This document shows positions 40,982-53,573 of a stretch of DNA of 64,000 nt, in pieces. The position numbers and the translations under genes were made by a program. The stretch's first letter is position 1. Every line of letters begins with the position of its first letter. Under the pieces are notes generated by a model. That model did no database searches. It was not told the DNA's origin and saw nothing but the letters and a program-made list of their open reading frames with translations. This DNA is from Cyanophora paradoxa CCMP329 (Eukaryota > Plantae > Glaucophyta): the NCBI GenBank assembly GCA_004431415.1, contig QPMI01000614.1:62001-126000 (forward strand), in the 5' to 3' direction.

Positions 40982-41489
40982 CCCGCTCCCCCGTTGGTCG
41001 CGCGCGCTCCGAGGGTGGATGCGCTTCTCACCCAACTGATCATGTGATCATTAGGGGGTAGGCAGCTAGCTTATGTCTCGCCAGAGGCTGCCGCACCCCA
41101 AATCGTCTACGAATGCTAGCGCTGGAACCCGTACCGATACTTTTAGCAACGTATAGATTTACGTAGGCATGCAACTACTATATAAGTAGACGTGCCGACA
41201 CCCGGTGAACGTATGCACATGCACTTGCTCGGCGGACATCGTAGCACTGCATCTGAGTTTTCCTCTGATCATGATCATCGACAAGGACCCGCACTGCGGC
41301 AGCCCAGATCTGGACGAATTCGAATGTATATATGCGATGCTGGAAAAGTCGCGACGGGGCTATCGGTGCGCCTCAGCGCTAGCCTGGAAGCCCTGGGGCT
41401 CCGCCATACTCTGTAAATGTGGCAAGTCGAATATGCACATCACTCGATGCTGGGAAAGAAGCGACGGGGTCATCGGTCCGCTCCGGGAT

Positions 41490-43228
41490 CTACTGCATGG
41501 AAAGCATGTACTCCTCCATCTTACTGAAGTCCTCCTCTCCTTCCACCCCCTCCTCAAGCACGTCCGACTCCACAACCTGCGCGGAACAGCTCGGACAAGC
41601 ATGAAGCACCACACCCCGACCCACGCGAACCTCTTCTGCGACGACCGACTCTGCAGACAGGGGCACAGCGGCTGGCGCAGTGCTTTCTGCAGCGGCTGCG
41701 GCCTTTGCGGCCGCTGCGCGGGCTGCTGGAGTCATGTTCTTCCGCGGCATCCCGACTGCCGATGTCTGTGGAACTGCGGCAGACGGAGCGGATGCGGCTG
41801 GCGTGGCGGCAGCGCCATCCGCGGAAGAGCTCCCCTTCTTCTTTTCCGCCATGAGCTCGTCGAACGATTTCACGCCAAAAGCTTTCTTTCCTGCTGCTGC
41901 CGCCGCCGCCACTTTGCCCGCCGCTACGGGCGCCGCTGGTGCTGCCGTCTTCGCCCCAGAAGAAGGGCCCGAGCTTCCGGAAGAAGCAACGGGCTTTCCA
42001 GTGACAGCGACTCGCTTGTTGGCGCCCCCAGAAGCTGGGGACTCGACGGATGGCCGCTTCTTCGCCGCCGAGGCCGGTGCAGTCCCCTCGGAGCCGCTGC
42101 CGGAAGCATCCGCGGCCGCCTGCGCCGTCTTGAGCTCCTTCTCTTTCCTCTTCTCCGCCATGATCTCGTCAAAGGTCTTCACTTTGCCCAGCTCCTGGGG
42201 GCCCTCCGGCGCCGAGCCGCCCACGTTGGGTCGCTGCGCTTCCTGTATCCGCGGACGCTGCTGATCTCGGTGTACGTCCCGCCCGTTCAAGCCACCGCGC
42301 ATGGCATGCGGGCCGTTCTCGAAGTCACGACGCGGCTGCTGCACGGCGGGTCGATCGATTGGCGCGGGCCGATCGTACGGCCGGGGTCGAGGGATCGCGT
42401 CTCGCTCGCGCTGCATCGGCCCTCCGCCGCGTGGTCTTGTTGCGAGCGGCTTCTCGTCGAACGCCCCGCCCTGTTGCTTCATCGCCAGCGTCGTCCTTAA
42501 GTCGCTCCGCTCCGGTCGGCCTGGCGGAGTTCCGAGCCGTGCGGCGACGGGGGCGCGCTCATCGCGCTGCTTTACTGTCTGCGAGATGGCTGCGACTAAC
42601 AGATTGCCGGCACGCCGCTGCTGACCTCCAGCTTGCTGGATCGGCGGCGGAGCTCGGGCAAAGCGGCCCGCCGCATCGCCATGCGCGGGAACGACGCGGC
42701 GAGATTGCGGCCCAGGCTGCTCGTAATCCGCTGAAGGATCGATGAGAAGATTGCTGTGTGGCGCGGTCATGACGGGCTGAACAGGCTGGACATGTGGGGC
42801 GAGTCGCGCGTCGTGACTGTACGGGCATAGGTTTCCCTTGTTACAGCCGGTCGGAGAGGCCCAGTAACGGCAGGGCGTAGCTGCAGGAGGCGCCACGGGG
42901 GCAAGAACAGGCGCCACAGCGCGAGTCTGCGAACGAATTTGATCATCAGACAAACGCAACACACACGAGAAGCGGTACAGGCACCGGGTGGCGAAATGTG
43001 CAGGCTCGATCGACGCAACCGCCAACGCCGGGCATCCACTTGCGGCAGGTCGTCGGGTTGGCCTTCGCCGCCTCGGAGTGCCTGAATGTACACGCGGCGC
43101 CCTGCTCTCGCGCGTGAGATAGCCGCGAAAGAAGTCGCTGGCATAAGCTCGCTCGAGTCGCTGACCCGCGTGCAGGCGCCCATGACGAAGAAGTGGCAAT
43201 CGCCAAGGCCAGCCATTCCAGTCGCCAT
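41490..43228 (-). CDS. Tandem CCCH zinc-finger protein (ZC3H11A-like)
   Basis: DCHFFVMGACTRGAACTFRHSEAAKANPTTCRKW..GCVDRACTFRHP, PCRYWASPTGCNKGNLCPYSH, plus repeated VK(T/S)FDE(I/L)MAEK motifs. Confidence 0.8.
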
Positions 43229-43379
43229 TGCTAGCTTCCCAAACGCAAGGTGATGCTCCGCGCTGCGCCTGCCCTTGGGCTAGGAGAGAGGCTGCAGCCC
43301 TGGCTGCTCCTTTCAGGGGTACAGTGCTCCAGGTCTTGGTTGTCGGAGCGACGAGCGGCTTCGAACTGATCGATCTGTC

Positions 43380-44562
43380 ATGTCGGTACAATGCGCTTGC
43401 CCGCGCTGCCCGAGCGTCGCTAACCGTGCGCAGGCGGATGCGCGCCCGGGGCCGTCGGATACGACAGATGACGAGCACGACAATACAAATCGTGCAAAGC
43501 GAGCTCGGCGCCCTCCGACGCGGTCGTCCTCCGGCGACAGCGCAGCCTCATCCAGCGCAACTTCGAGCAGCTCGCTGGCGCTCTTGACCAAACGAGTGTG
43601 CGAGCCCTCACAAACGGGACCAACAAACTCTTATGCGCGCGCAGTTCATCGCTCTTCTAGCCCCTAACGGCAGCATCGATCTGAATGCTGCCGCCGACAA
43701 GCTGAGTATTTCGAAGAGAAGACTTTACGATATCATCAACACGCTGGAGGGCGGTGCGGAAAAGCAATGCGATCTTGCCAGTGTTCCTCGAATTAATTCT
43801 AGATGCCCAGTCCAGTTGATTGAAAAGCTGGGCAAAAATTCTTGGGCCTGGCGAGGACCGAACATGCAGTTGTCCTCACAATGCTCTCGTCTTCGTGAGC
43901 AACTTGCAAGTTTGCAAGAGCAGGAGGTTGGTGTTGCTTTTTGCTTAAGCCTCATCTGGCATCTGACTGCTGCGAGAATGCAGAGAGAAGTCGAATCTAT
44001 TATAGAGGAAATGAATGAGAATCTAATAAGCACACGGAATGAGCAGACCAGGTAGCGGCTCCTTCTCATGCGTGCTAATGGTCCGCATGTGTCTCGCTCA
44101 TGCTCTTCTTCAGATTACCCTTGGGCAAGAGGCTGCTTTTCCTCACACAAAGAGATATTATGAATCAGGGTGAGTGAACCCCACCGGCTGTCACACTACT
44201 CTTACCAGCGGGGGTGCAGCATGGGCCGCAGGGAGGACCTTGATCGCTGTGCAGTGTGCAAAAGTGGACACTTGTTTTTGGTGGTTTCACGACTGATGCT
44301 GCTTTTCAGCTCCCAGTCACAAACTGGCTTCGAGCTTCAGGGTCCAGAACAGCTCGAGGGTGCATTTAAAGCATTTGGAGAGGGACATTTAGACATCTTT
44401 GTAAGCATTTTCTTGCTATTTTGTGCGCGGCACTCTTCCTCGAAACTGTTCATAAAAAGTGCGCAGGTGTTGGCTGAGAAAGGCGAAGTTCCCCCTGACC
44501 CTGACCTGGATCCAGATCTGGCCACACAACAACGGCCCGCTCTAGCAACAGAGAATCCGTAG
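43380..44562 (+). CDS. E2F: E2F family transcription factor; start approximate
   Basis: SSLALLTK|FIALLAPNGSIDLNAAADKLSISKRRLYDIINTLEG|..LIEKLGKNSWAWRG, followed by a coiled coil and a marked-box-like region. Confidence 0.88.
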
Positions 44563-44570
44563 CAACATTA

Positions 44571-45841
44571 GGACGGAACTAAATCGCAAGTACGGGCTAC
44601 AGGTGCAGGATATACACTGCAGTGTCGTTAACATGGGCCCAGCCCATGGAGCTTGCACCCAGCCGGCCGGGCCATGCGTTGCCCACTGAGGGGAGTAATG
44701 CACCTCCCCGCAGACTCTGGCTACAGGTGCATGGCGTCTCGGGGCGGCGGGGTAGTCTCAAAATAGAGTCAGCATACGCCGGGGGCGCAAAAGGGTCAGA
44801 TCGAAATTGAATTCGAAAAACTTTGAATTCGAAATCGAAGCAAGCGGAGCGCACTTGATCATGATCGATCGCAACGTGAATATAGGTATATATACGTTCA
44901 AACCTCCACCAAATTAAAGGCGAGCCCCTGCCGCAGTGCGCATGCAGCTGTGCACGTGAGGGCACGATCGCGAAGGTTGAATATTAATTCGAATGGCCGA
45001 TATGCACGATCAACGTGAACGTTATAATTAATGCTTCGAATTCAGAAGAACGTTAACGAATTCAAATTAAAGTCCGATGCTCCAATATGCAATCGCGATC
45101 GGCCCCGGGGATCGGTACATATACCAAACCATGATCGAAATCGAAATATTGAATCAAAGTCCAACCAGTATTCCGCTTTCCATTAGGGCGTCCTTGATGT
45201 GCGCGCCCCCCCTCCGCAGGCTGACTCCATCATGCATGTCGTTAATGCTTCGAATTCAGAAGAAAATTAACAAAGTCAAATTAAAGTCCGATGCTCAAAT
45301 TTGCAATCGCGATCGGCCCCGGGGATCGGTACATATACCAAACCATGATCGAAATCGAAATATTGTCCAACCAGTATTCCGCTTTCCATTAGGGCGTCCT
45401 TGATGTGCGCACCCCCCTACCGCAGGCTGACTCCATGTCGGCGCCCCCACGGGGACCCTCACATCGGAGTGCGCCCCCGTTTGCTTTCATTTGGATCTCA
45501 AGACCTTTCGATTTCGATCTAACCCCTTTTCGCGCCCCCCGGCGCCCACCGCAGGCTGACTCCATGCCAGGCCCCCGGGGCCCCCCAGGGCCCGTAGGGG
45601 CTGCCGCCACCGCCCCAAGACGACCCCCCGCCGCCACAAGACGCGATGCAGCACCACGCCGTGCATGCGGGCACACGTAGCTCTAGCCAGCTAGAGTGTC
45701 CGCGGGGAGGCGCATTACTCTCCTTAGGGGGCCACGCAGGGCCCGGCCGGCCAGTTCGCTGGTGGGCTGGGCCCGCGGCCGCGGCGGCCGCAGTGTACAT
45801 TCCCACACTTGTAGCCCGGACCTGCGTTTTAATACGTGTCC
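44571..45841. mobile_element. MITE-like non-autonomous element with long imperfect terminal inverted repeats
   Basis: 44571-~44815 and ~45508-45841 are diverged reverse complements (GGAC..CGCA.GT.CGGGCTACA.GTG..GGA..TACACTGC..GGGCCCAGCCCA..GCCGGCCGGGCC..GAGTAATGC.CCTCCCCGC.GAC..GATCGAAAT). Non-coding interior. Confidence 0.75.
45029..45436 (+). repeat. ~200-bp tandem duplication inside the MITE-like element
   Basis: 45029-45231 and 45242-45436 share ttaatgcttcgaattcagaagaa...gatcggccccggggatcggtacatataccaaaccatgatcgaaatcgaaatattg...ccgcaggctgactccat. Confidence 0.9.
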
Positions 45842-45960
45842 AAATGCGTTCACCGGACCTCCTGTCCCCAAAGTGCAACCCCCTCCGCACGTGCAATGGA
45901 AACATGCATTCTCGAAGTAAAAAAAGGGACTTATCTACAAAGGCAACACAATTCAGCGGC

Positions 45961-47393
45961 TTAGTCGTCCACCTCCTCCACAGTTGTGCCGTCATTGCCC
46001 GCCTTCTGCTCACCGAACGTCATTGGCCGCCAGCGCTCAGAGAGGCATGAAAAACCAACCTTCTCGGTCTCCTCCTGCATATCCGACGTCCAGAGGGTCA
46101 GGTTGTCACGAAGCAGCTGCATGATGAGGGTGGAGTCCTGAACCGAAAAGAGAATCCATCATAAAGGCAAGGACCGTGCAGTTGTTGGTGGACAAAATGT
46201 ACCTTGTACGACTCGTCGCTAAGAGTGTCGAGCTCCGCAATCGCATCATCGAACGCCTGCTTTGCCAGCTGGCACGCGCTGTACGGAGTACTTGAGGCGA
46301 AGTTGTCAAAAACGCGCCGGAAAGTGCGAACCGATCAGGGAAGTTCAGAATCTCGTAGTAGAACACGGAGAAGTTGAGCGCGAGGCCAAGGCGAATGGGG
46401 TGGGTCGGAGGCAGTTCCGACGACGCAATGTCCGACGCCTGCTTGTAAGCCGCGAGCGAGTCGTCCGCAGCCGCCTGCCGGTCCGCGCCAGTCGCGAATT
46501 CCGCGAGATAGCGGTGGTAGTCGCCCTTCATCTTGTAGTAGAAGACCTTCGACTCACCGCTCGTCGCGGCCGGAATGAGGTGCTCCACCAAAATGCTAAG
46601 AATGTCACGGCAAATGCCGGCGAGCTCCTGCTCACAGAAGGATTGGACCACGCCGAAACATAGCAAAGGGAGCCAATCGCACCTGCTCGACCTTGATGCG
46701 GTAGTCACGAATCTTGGCCACGTGCGCAGTCTGGCCCTTGTTCTCCTCCTTCTGCTCAATGGAGGAGATGATCCGCCACGACGCACGGCGAGCGCCGATG
46801 ACGTTCTTGTAAGCAACCGAGAGGAGATTGCGCTCCTCGACGGTGAGCTCCAAGTCGAGCTTAGCGACCTTCTTCATGGCCTCCACCTAAGGACGAAACG
46901 GAGGAGGGCGTCAAGGGTTCGGACGCGCAGCCGGCGATTGGAGCGCGAACCATCTCATCGTAGCGCTCAGCTGCACGGACGATGCGGAGGAAAGAATCGC
47001 CGGAGTCAGCGGCAAGAGGAGGAACGGTTTGAATGTGCAGAGCCGGGTGCTATTCTCAACAGCCCAGGAGGCACGCTAGGTTGCGCAGAGAAGTGTCGGA
47101 TAAAGCAATTCACCTTGCTCGGCCAGCTGCGAGAAGGGGCGGGGGTTCAGGCGTCAGCGCAGGCCGCAGATCTCAAGCCACCTAAGGTGAGTGGCGGGAA
47201 GATCGTGCAAGGCGAACCTTGGCCATGTAGACCTGGACGATGAGCGCACGACAAGGTACACCACGAAGTCGTAAGCCAACGCGATGTAGGGGGACGCTCG
47301 CGCTGGCGCTAAATGCCCGCGGCGGCATCGTCGCCAGCCGGCGACATTCTAACACATCGACCGACGCACCTGCGCCTCACGCTCGTCGGCCAT
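45961..47393 (-). CDS. 14-3-3 protein, multi-exon with 5' micro-exons
   Basis: MADEREAQ|VYMAK|LAEQ|[90 protein letters not shown]. Confidence 0.97.
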
Positions 47394-47490
47394 TGTCCTC
47401 TTTGGCGGTGGTTCGTTGTGTGTGTGTTGACTGTCAGGGGGGTACGCACGCACAGGAGCGCGGCTCAGCGCCCCAGCCAGCTTAGCGAAA

Positions 47491-50340
47491 ATGACGCTGG
47501 AGCGCAGCTCGCGGCGCAGCGGCGGAAGGTTCCTATGAGAGGTCGCGCGCTGCGGATGGATGTTTTTGAATTCTTAGCGCAGGCGCACACAAGGCGGCGC
47601 GGACGTAAGCGTCGGCGACGTCGCCCTGTACGCGGTGAATGCATCACTGCGCGCGCGCTCTAACCCCGCCCCGCAGCGCTACTCCCCGAATACTTCGGCC
47701 GCGGACGACGCCGTCGCCTTCGCGGAGCGCGAGCCTCTCGAGGAACTACTCTGCGGTCGACTCTGCGCCTTACAAAGTGAGCGCGCGGATGGTGTTTTGG
47801 GAGAGAAGAAAGAGCAGGCACTTGACCGGCCCGCTTGCAATTTCCGCAGTTCCCGCCTCTCTCCCCTCCCCGAGCAAGGCAGAAGAACGGGGAGGGTGCG
47901 GCAGTCACCGATTTTTTGAGCGAGGACAAGGAGGAGTTGAACGTGGATCCGTCTGCTGGCACAAAGACGATTTCGAATACGATTGCGACTGCGCTGCAAA
48001 CAGCTTACTATGCTATTTCAAGCAGCGGGTTATGCAGGCGGTTGTTCAAAGGAGCACTGTCACTCGCCGTTTTCTTCGTTATCCTGGCGGTCGTAGCCGA
48101 GCTCGTGCAACACGATTATCCTGGCGGTCGTAGCCGAGCTCGTGAGCCGAGCTCGTGCGAGCTCGTAAACCTGTTACTTCTGCCTTACAATACGTGCACA
48201 GTTCCTCTGACCGGGCATGACTACCTGGATCACAAGTTCGTCCCTCTAGTCTTCCCTTCGTCCCTCCCAAGAACGGCTCAAGCCGGCGAAAGTTTGGCAC
48301 AGTGTCCAAATGCAATGCTGTGCAGATTTCGTTCGCTAGCGGAGATGACAGTGACAGAGCAACTGAATAAGCTGGAAGCGTCCTTGGAATCCCGCGCGTT
48401 TCCTGGTTTCTATCTGTGATGCGCAGCAATCTGAAGTACCTGGACAGGCTCTGCCCTGACAGCTGCGGCACTCGCCTCCCGAGTGGACGAGCTCTCCCAA
48501 GCCGTCAAAGAGCTTCGACTCCAGGCCGAGAAACCTCATTCCCCTCCTAAAGTGAAGGTGCTCTCTTTCTAATGCTTGCACATTGCAGCAATGCTGAAGG
48601 ATTTTCAGGCTGAGGAAGTGCAGGCAGAAGAGAAGGAGGGGACAGGTAGTGAAGTGACACTGGCCCTCGAGCATAAATTTCAAGGCGAACTGTCACTTCT
48701 GCGCAAGGATGTAATGGAGAGCGTAAAGAAGATGATACCAAGAACGGCTCAAGCCAGCGAAAGTCTGACACAGAGTCTGGAGGAGAAGGTCGTGGCTGTA
48801 ACAGCGGAGATTCTGCCAAAGCTGGAGCACAGTATCGACGAACGATTCGCGAAGCTCTGGAAAGAGGCTGATCGTCTTGGGGCAGCTCTAGACCCAAAAC
48901 ATCTATCTCAAGCTCTCGACTCGGCCCCAGTGAAGGCCTGGGTCTCGAAGGCCGTTCATGAGGTTCTGCTCTCACCCCATGAGCTGGCAATCGCCTTGGA
49001 CCGCGCGAGAGGACACAAAGAACAGCTGAATCTGACAGCCTTGGTAGCCTGGATGGAAGCTTTTAAAAATTTCAATTTGTGACCCTTCGTTCACAGGTGA
49101 TGAAGGTTGTTCGTGAACAGCTCGAAGTCTTCGCAGCTGATGAGGTGCGTGATGTGTTTGCATCCTCGTGCTCCTGCACTCTGCTCCCCCCCCCTCCCCC
49201 CCCTCCCCCTCCCTCCCCCCCCCTCCCCTCCTCCCCCTCCTTTCCCGACGCCTTCATTCAGATCGGCCTCCCCGATCTGGCACTTTACTCTGGCGGTGGT
49301 CGTATAGTGCACGGAAGTGGGTGCATCATTCTCCTTGGATGCATTCGTTTCTGTGTGTGAGCAAAGGCAGGTGGACGGCGCCATCGTTCCTCCCAACGAA
49401 CAAACGACCGCTACAGGTCACCACTGATCCGCATTATTTATTGTTTCTAAATTGCAAGCGCAGATGCTGCCTCCGGGTGCCCTGGTCCATGAGAGGGCGT
49501 GGTCCATGTTCAAGCACTATATGATTTCTATCCCGCTGTACGTTTTTGGAGTGCCGGCGCCCCCGGCCAGCCGGTCGAGCAGCTAATATTTTGGGCGGTA
49601 GGCATTACGTCGTTCTGGCCAGGAACTACCTCACGCTAGCCTTTCTTGGTACTCTGGCCCTTCAGGGAGACCTTGTCTACCGCTCACTTCAAACAGGATA
49701 CACACAGTCTACGCATGCTCCCGAAGTCATCCTTCAAGTGAGTTCTGAGTTCATTAAGTTGTACATACGATAATCACCAGTACGCAGGCGCATCACGATC
49801 GTGGGCAGTGCTGGCCGATGGCTGGCCAGTCTGGATATGTAACCATTCGATTGCCGGAGCGGGCAGTAATTGAGGCTTTTAGCATTCAGCATCTCGAACC
49901 CACTGTCATTGTTTCGGCTGTATGCACTGTCATTGTTTCGGCTGTATCTAATTTCATTTAATTTCATTCTGCAGGATACAGCTCCAAAGGACATTCGTGT
50001 GGAGGCACTTGGAGACTTCCCCACTGCAGGGACGAAGGGGGAGGTCATTGCTCGTCACACCTATCTGCCATCCAATGGAAAAGTGCAGGTAATGAATCAA
50101 CGCTGCTTACATTCAAAGATCTTGAAGTCTTTGCGTCCTTATCATGTTTGCCGTGTATTGACCTGATGTTCCACTCAGACATTCTATGTGGACACTACAC
50201 TGACTCCTGCACTTCGAACAAACCGATTCTTGCGCCTTTGGGTGGATTCTAACCATGGCAATAAGCTCTACACTTGCATCTACCGGTTTCGTGTCCACGG
50301 CAAGCCTGCGCTCAGCATAGACACGCAAGCTAGCGGCTAG
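47491..50340 (+). CDS. C-terminal SUN (Sad1/UNC-84) domain nuclear envelope protein
   Basis: TM segment ALSLAVFFVILAVVAEL, coiled coil, then ADEIGLPDLALYSGGGRIV, APEVILQ, GQCWPMAGQSGYVTIRL, APKDIRV, SNHGNKLYTCIYRFRVHG. Confidence 0.88.
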
Positions 50341-50534
50341 CTAGCTGCATCTGTGACCTACGCCTGTGTGGGCTACACATAGGAGGGTGCGGCCCTCGCC
50401 GTTGCCGGCCCGGCCATTCCCCCCAAGGCGCGAAAGGGGAGTACCGTTCCACCCTCGCAATGGCCTAAGCCGCTCGTGTGGCGTGTGCAGCATCGCGTTG
50501 TCGGTGGGCAGTAGTGGTCCCAACCCACACAAAC

Positions 50535-50889
50535 AAAGGGGTATTCAGGTCCTGTATCCCTGATGAGGATGACAATGCAAGGTGATCCAGAATGTATCTG
50601 GCTCTTTTGGCTGTGGTGATTTGGATTTTGGCTGAGTGGGGGTTTGGGACCCAGCTAGTAGCCCCTGAAACCTCACAGGGGACCCTACGGCCCGGGTAGC
50701 GACTTTGTGCAGCTAATTTTTCGCAGGTTCTCGAGACTCTGAGAGCATCTTTCATCACTACCCACGCTAGTGGGTCCCTGACAGATCCTTGCACGCCCCT
50801 CTAGGGGCCTCTGCGGTTTTGTCATACCCAGCTGCAGTGGTGCTGGCGTGGGCGTGTCTTTTACTTGCTCTCTCTCTCACACACACACA
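50535..50889 (+). mobile_element. Short non-LTR retroelement copy inserted at the inner edge of the left inverted repeat
   Basis: Ends GTGTCTTTTACTTGC(TC)n(AC)n like the 19.6-kb copy and shares TCCTGTA..TGATGAGGATG. Direct repeat CCCACACAAAC at 50524-50534 and 50900-50910. Confidence 0.55.
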
Positions 50890-51087
50890 GGATTCCCCTC
50901 CCACACAAACGTGGGCGGATCCATCCAGTGGGACCGGGACTGGGACCTGCAGGAGAGAAGGGGGAGGGGAGGGGGAAGGCAGGGGCAGGGGGAAGTAGAT
51001 GTGGGCGGGGGCCGCGGGCCAGGATCTTGGCCCAGTCGCAAGCTTAAGCGCTAGCTACGTTGAGACTGTCCGCCATCAAATACTAGC

Positions 51088-52860
51088 CTAGTCGTTGTGT
51101 AAGCAGGTTGCGTTGGGGCTGGTAGCGGGGGCCGGGCCGGGAGACGTCGTAATCGAAATTAATTCAAAATCAATCTGGGTGTACCCCACAAGTCTTTGTT
51201 GTCGACGTCTTGCAGGTCCCTCCACACGCAAGCGGAGCGCGTCGATCACGCAATTCATCGACTCGGCCGCAAGCGCCGCCGCGCTCTGAATCCCCGTTGC
51301 AGCCGGTAGCGAAAAAGTGCACAGACGTACGCGGCGGCGTGCAGTAGCTGCTTTGCCAGTTCAGCGTCGGCGTCGATCATCGAATCGGGCGCGCAGGCTC
51401 CGCGGTCGGCAGGCGCGGCAGCTGGCAGGCGCGGCAGCCGGCATACGCGGAGAAGCGCAGCACCCTGAGCGTTGATCCATGCGCGCTCCAGCTCGTTGGA
51501 GCTAGCGCAGTGAGTTCATGCGGCCCCGCAAGAAGCAGCAGAAGCACGGACAGGGCAGGGGGCCCCAAGCCGCAGATGGGCCGGCGGGCACGCCCCCGAG
51601 GCCAGCGCACGATGCACCGAAGACCTCTGAACCCAACGCCGAGTCCGAGTCGGCGCGGGATGCGCCCGATCTGGGTTTTTCGATTTTGATCCACAGGTCC
51701 GTACCAGCGCGCGCCCGGCCCTGTTCCATCCCGATGTTCTCCACAGAGAGAAGAATAACCCGCTGGTCGTCGTCGCTCATATATTCGTCATTCTCCTCCT
51801 GTGAGGCCGGTTGCACCTTCTGAATCAAGAGTTTCTCTCACCGAGCATGCTTTCAGTTTCCAAGGCTCTCAGGCATCCTTTTGCTTCTTCTCAAGCTTCC
51901 TTCTCTTCCTCGAAGCGCTTTTCGCTTCTTGCCTGTTCGTAGCAAACTTCTTGAGGAACAAGTTTGACGCTGAAGGGCCAATACTGTTCTGGGGTGAGCA
52001 TTTAATCATTTCTTCAAAGAATTCACGCTCACCTCGGCAATTGCGAAGGCCTTCATGCAGCCTTCGGCGCATGTTATCTTCAGGCCCTTCTTCTCCCGGA
52101 GTCAAACTATGATGACCGCCAGCGGCTCACAGGTATAGCTGCCCGAAGTCTTTTGGCTGGTTGCTTTGCTCGTCACACATAGCTACCTAAAAACAATACG
52201 CTGGAACCACGCGGCCGACTGCTTCGACATGCCTTTCCTCGGCTGACGCCCCGGTTGCTTCGGCAGGGCTTTCCTCTCTGGCGCTGCGACTCAGGGTGCT
52301 AGTAGCAGCGTCAAGCATAACACTCTACGCGATATACAAGGTAGGAAGCATCTTTTTTGTGCTCCAATTACTTATCTAGAGATGAAACACGCAGCGCAAG
52401 CTTATTTGTGCAACGTTCTTTGCATGGAATACCAATGCTTCGCTCCTCTCCCGAAGAGCAAACATTGCCTTCCAGCTCTTCTCCCCTGCGATCGCTTTTG
52501 TGTTCTGGACATGTTTCTTTTCTCCGCGAGGAGAGTATCGGCTGTTTCGTACCGACCTTTCAATCCTTCCGATACACTCTGTTGTGATCCTAGGCGCAGT
52601 CAATGGTTTCCTATACTTCCTGTACTACAGAAGCTGGTCCAGATGGAAAAGCTGCATCTGGCTAGACCGTCATTCTTTTCTGGCAGTCGTTGATACGAGG
52701 TAGAGTATGAGAATGTGAGCTGCTCTTCACCGTGTGTCTACGCTGAACGCACACAACAGAACCACCTGTGCTGGGGGCGCCCCGGGCGAAGCTCGATAAT
52801 GGGCAGATATCGGAAAAAGCATGGCCATGGCCAGGGCAGACGTCGACCTTCAGCTTCAAG
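51088..52860 (-). CDS. Element-internal orphan gene A (basic NLS-like and acidic tracts); structure uncertain, possibly degenerate
   Basis: Coding-like segments EGPEDNMRRRLHEGLRNCRGEREFFEEMIKC..SASRKRRKLEKKQKD, SQEENDEYMSDDDQRVILLSVE and DSMIDADAELAKQLLH. Confidence 0.4.
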
Positions 52861-52892
52861 GCTTAACAACTACGAGACCTTATTGCGGAGGG

Positions 52893-52908
52893 GGTGGTGC
52901 AAGGATCG

Positions 52909-52954
<46 letters not shown>

Positions 52955-53001
52955 GGGGAGGGCCTGCCCTAGCCATGGGCTTTTCTGCATGCACGGCCCA
53001 G

Positions 53002-53032
<31 letters not shown>

Positions 53033-53121
53033 CCCCCTCCCCCCCTCCCCCCCCCTCCCCCCCCCCCCCCCTCCCCCCCCCTCCCCCCTACCCCCCCCCC
53101 CCCCGCGATCCTTGCACCACC
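52893..53121. repeat. Hairpin: perfect 18-bp inverted repeat extended by a poly-G arm and a C-rich arm
   Basis: GGTGGTGCAAGGATCGCG(G)n ... (C-rich)CGCGATCCTTGCACCACC. Confidence 0.85.
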
Positions 53122-53573
53122 GACAGCAAGCCGCGATCCCCCCAAATTGTAGCCTGCTCTTCACACGACAGCAAAGCCACCGTGCTGGAACCACGGCATG
53201 CATCGGGCCCTTAGGGGGAAACAACAGAGCAGTGCCAAGCTCGCCTGAGGGCGGACTGGACGACCCCCGTCTGTGAGGCCCTCCTCCCACGAGGGAGGTG
53301 GCCTACGAGCTGAGAAATACTATAGGCTATTCCTTACCTACTGAGCCTCCGGGAGGGGGGGAGGGGGGATGAGGGGGGAGCCTCCGGACCGATAGTACCA
53401 CTCGTGCTAATCGTAATCGTTGAAATCGCAATCGTAACCGCAATTGCTACGCGCTACTGTATGGAGGGCGGGGGGTGGCGAGGGGGGTGGGGGGGGGGGG
53501 GGGGGGGGGTGGGCAGGGACTTGGGCTTCGGGTTGGGCGATTTCTTTTTCTGTTTTTTCGAAACGGCTCATCG

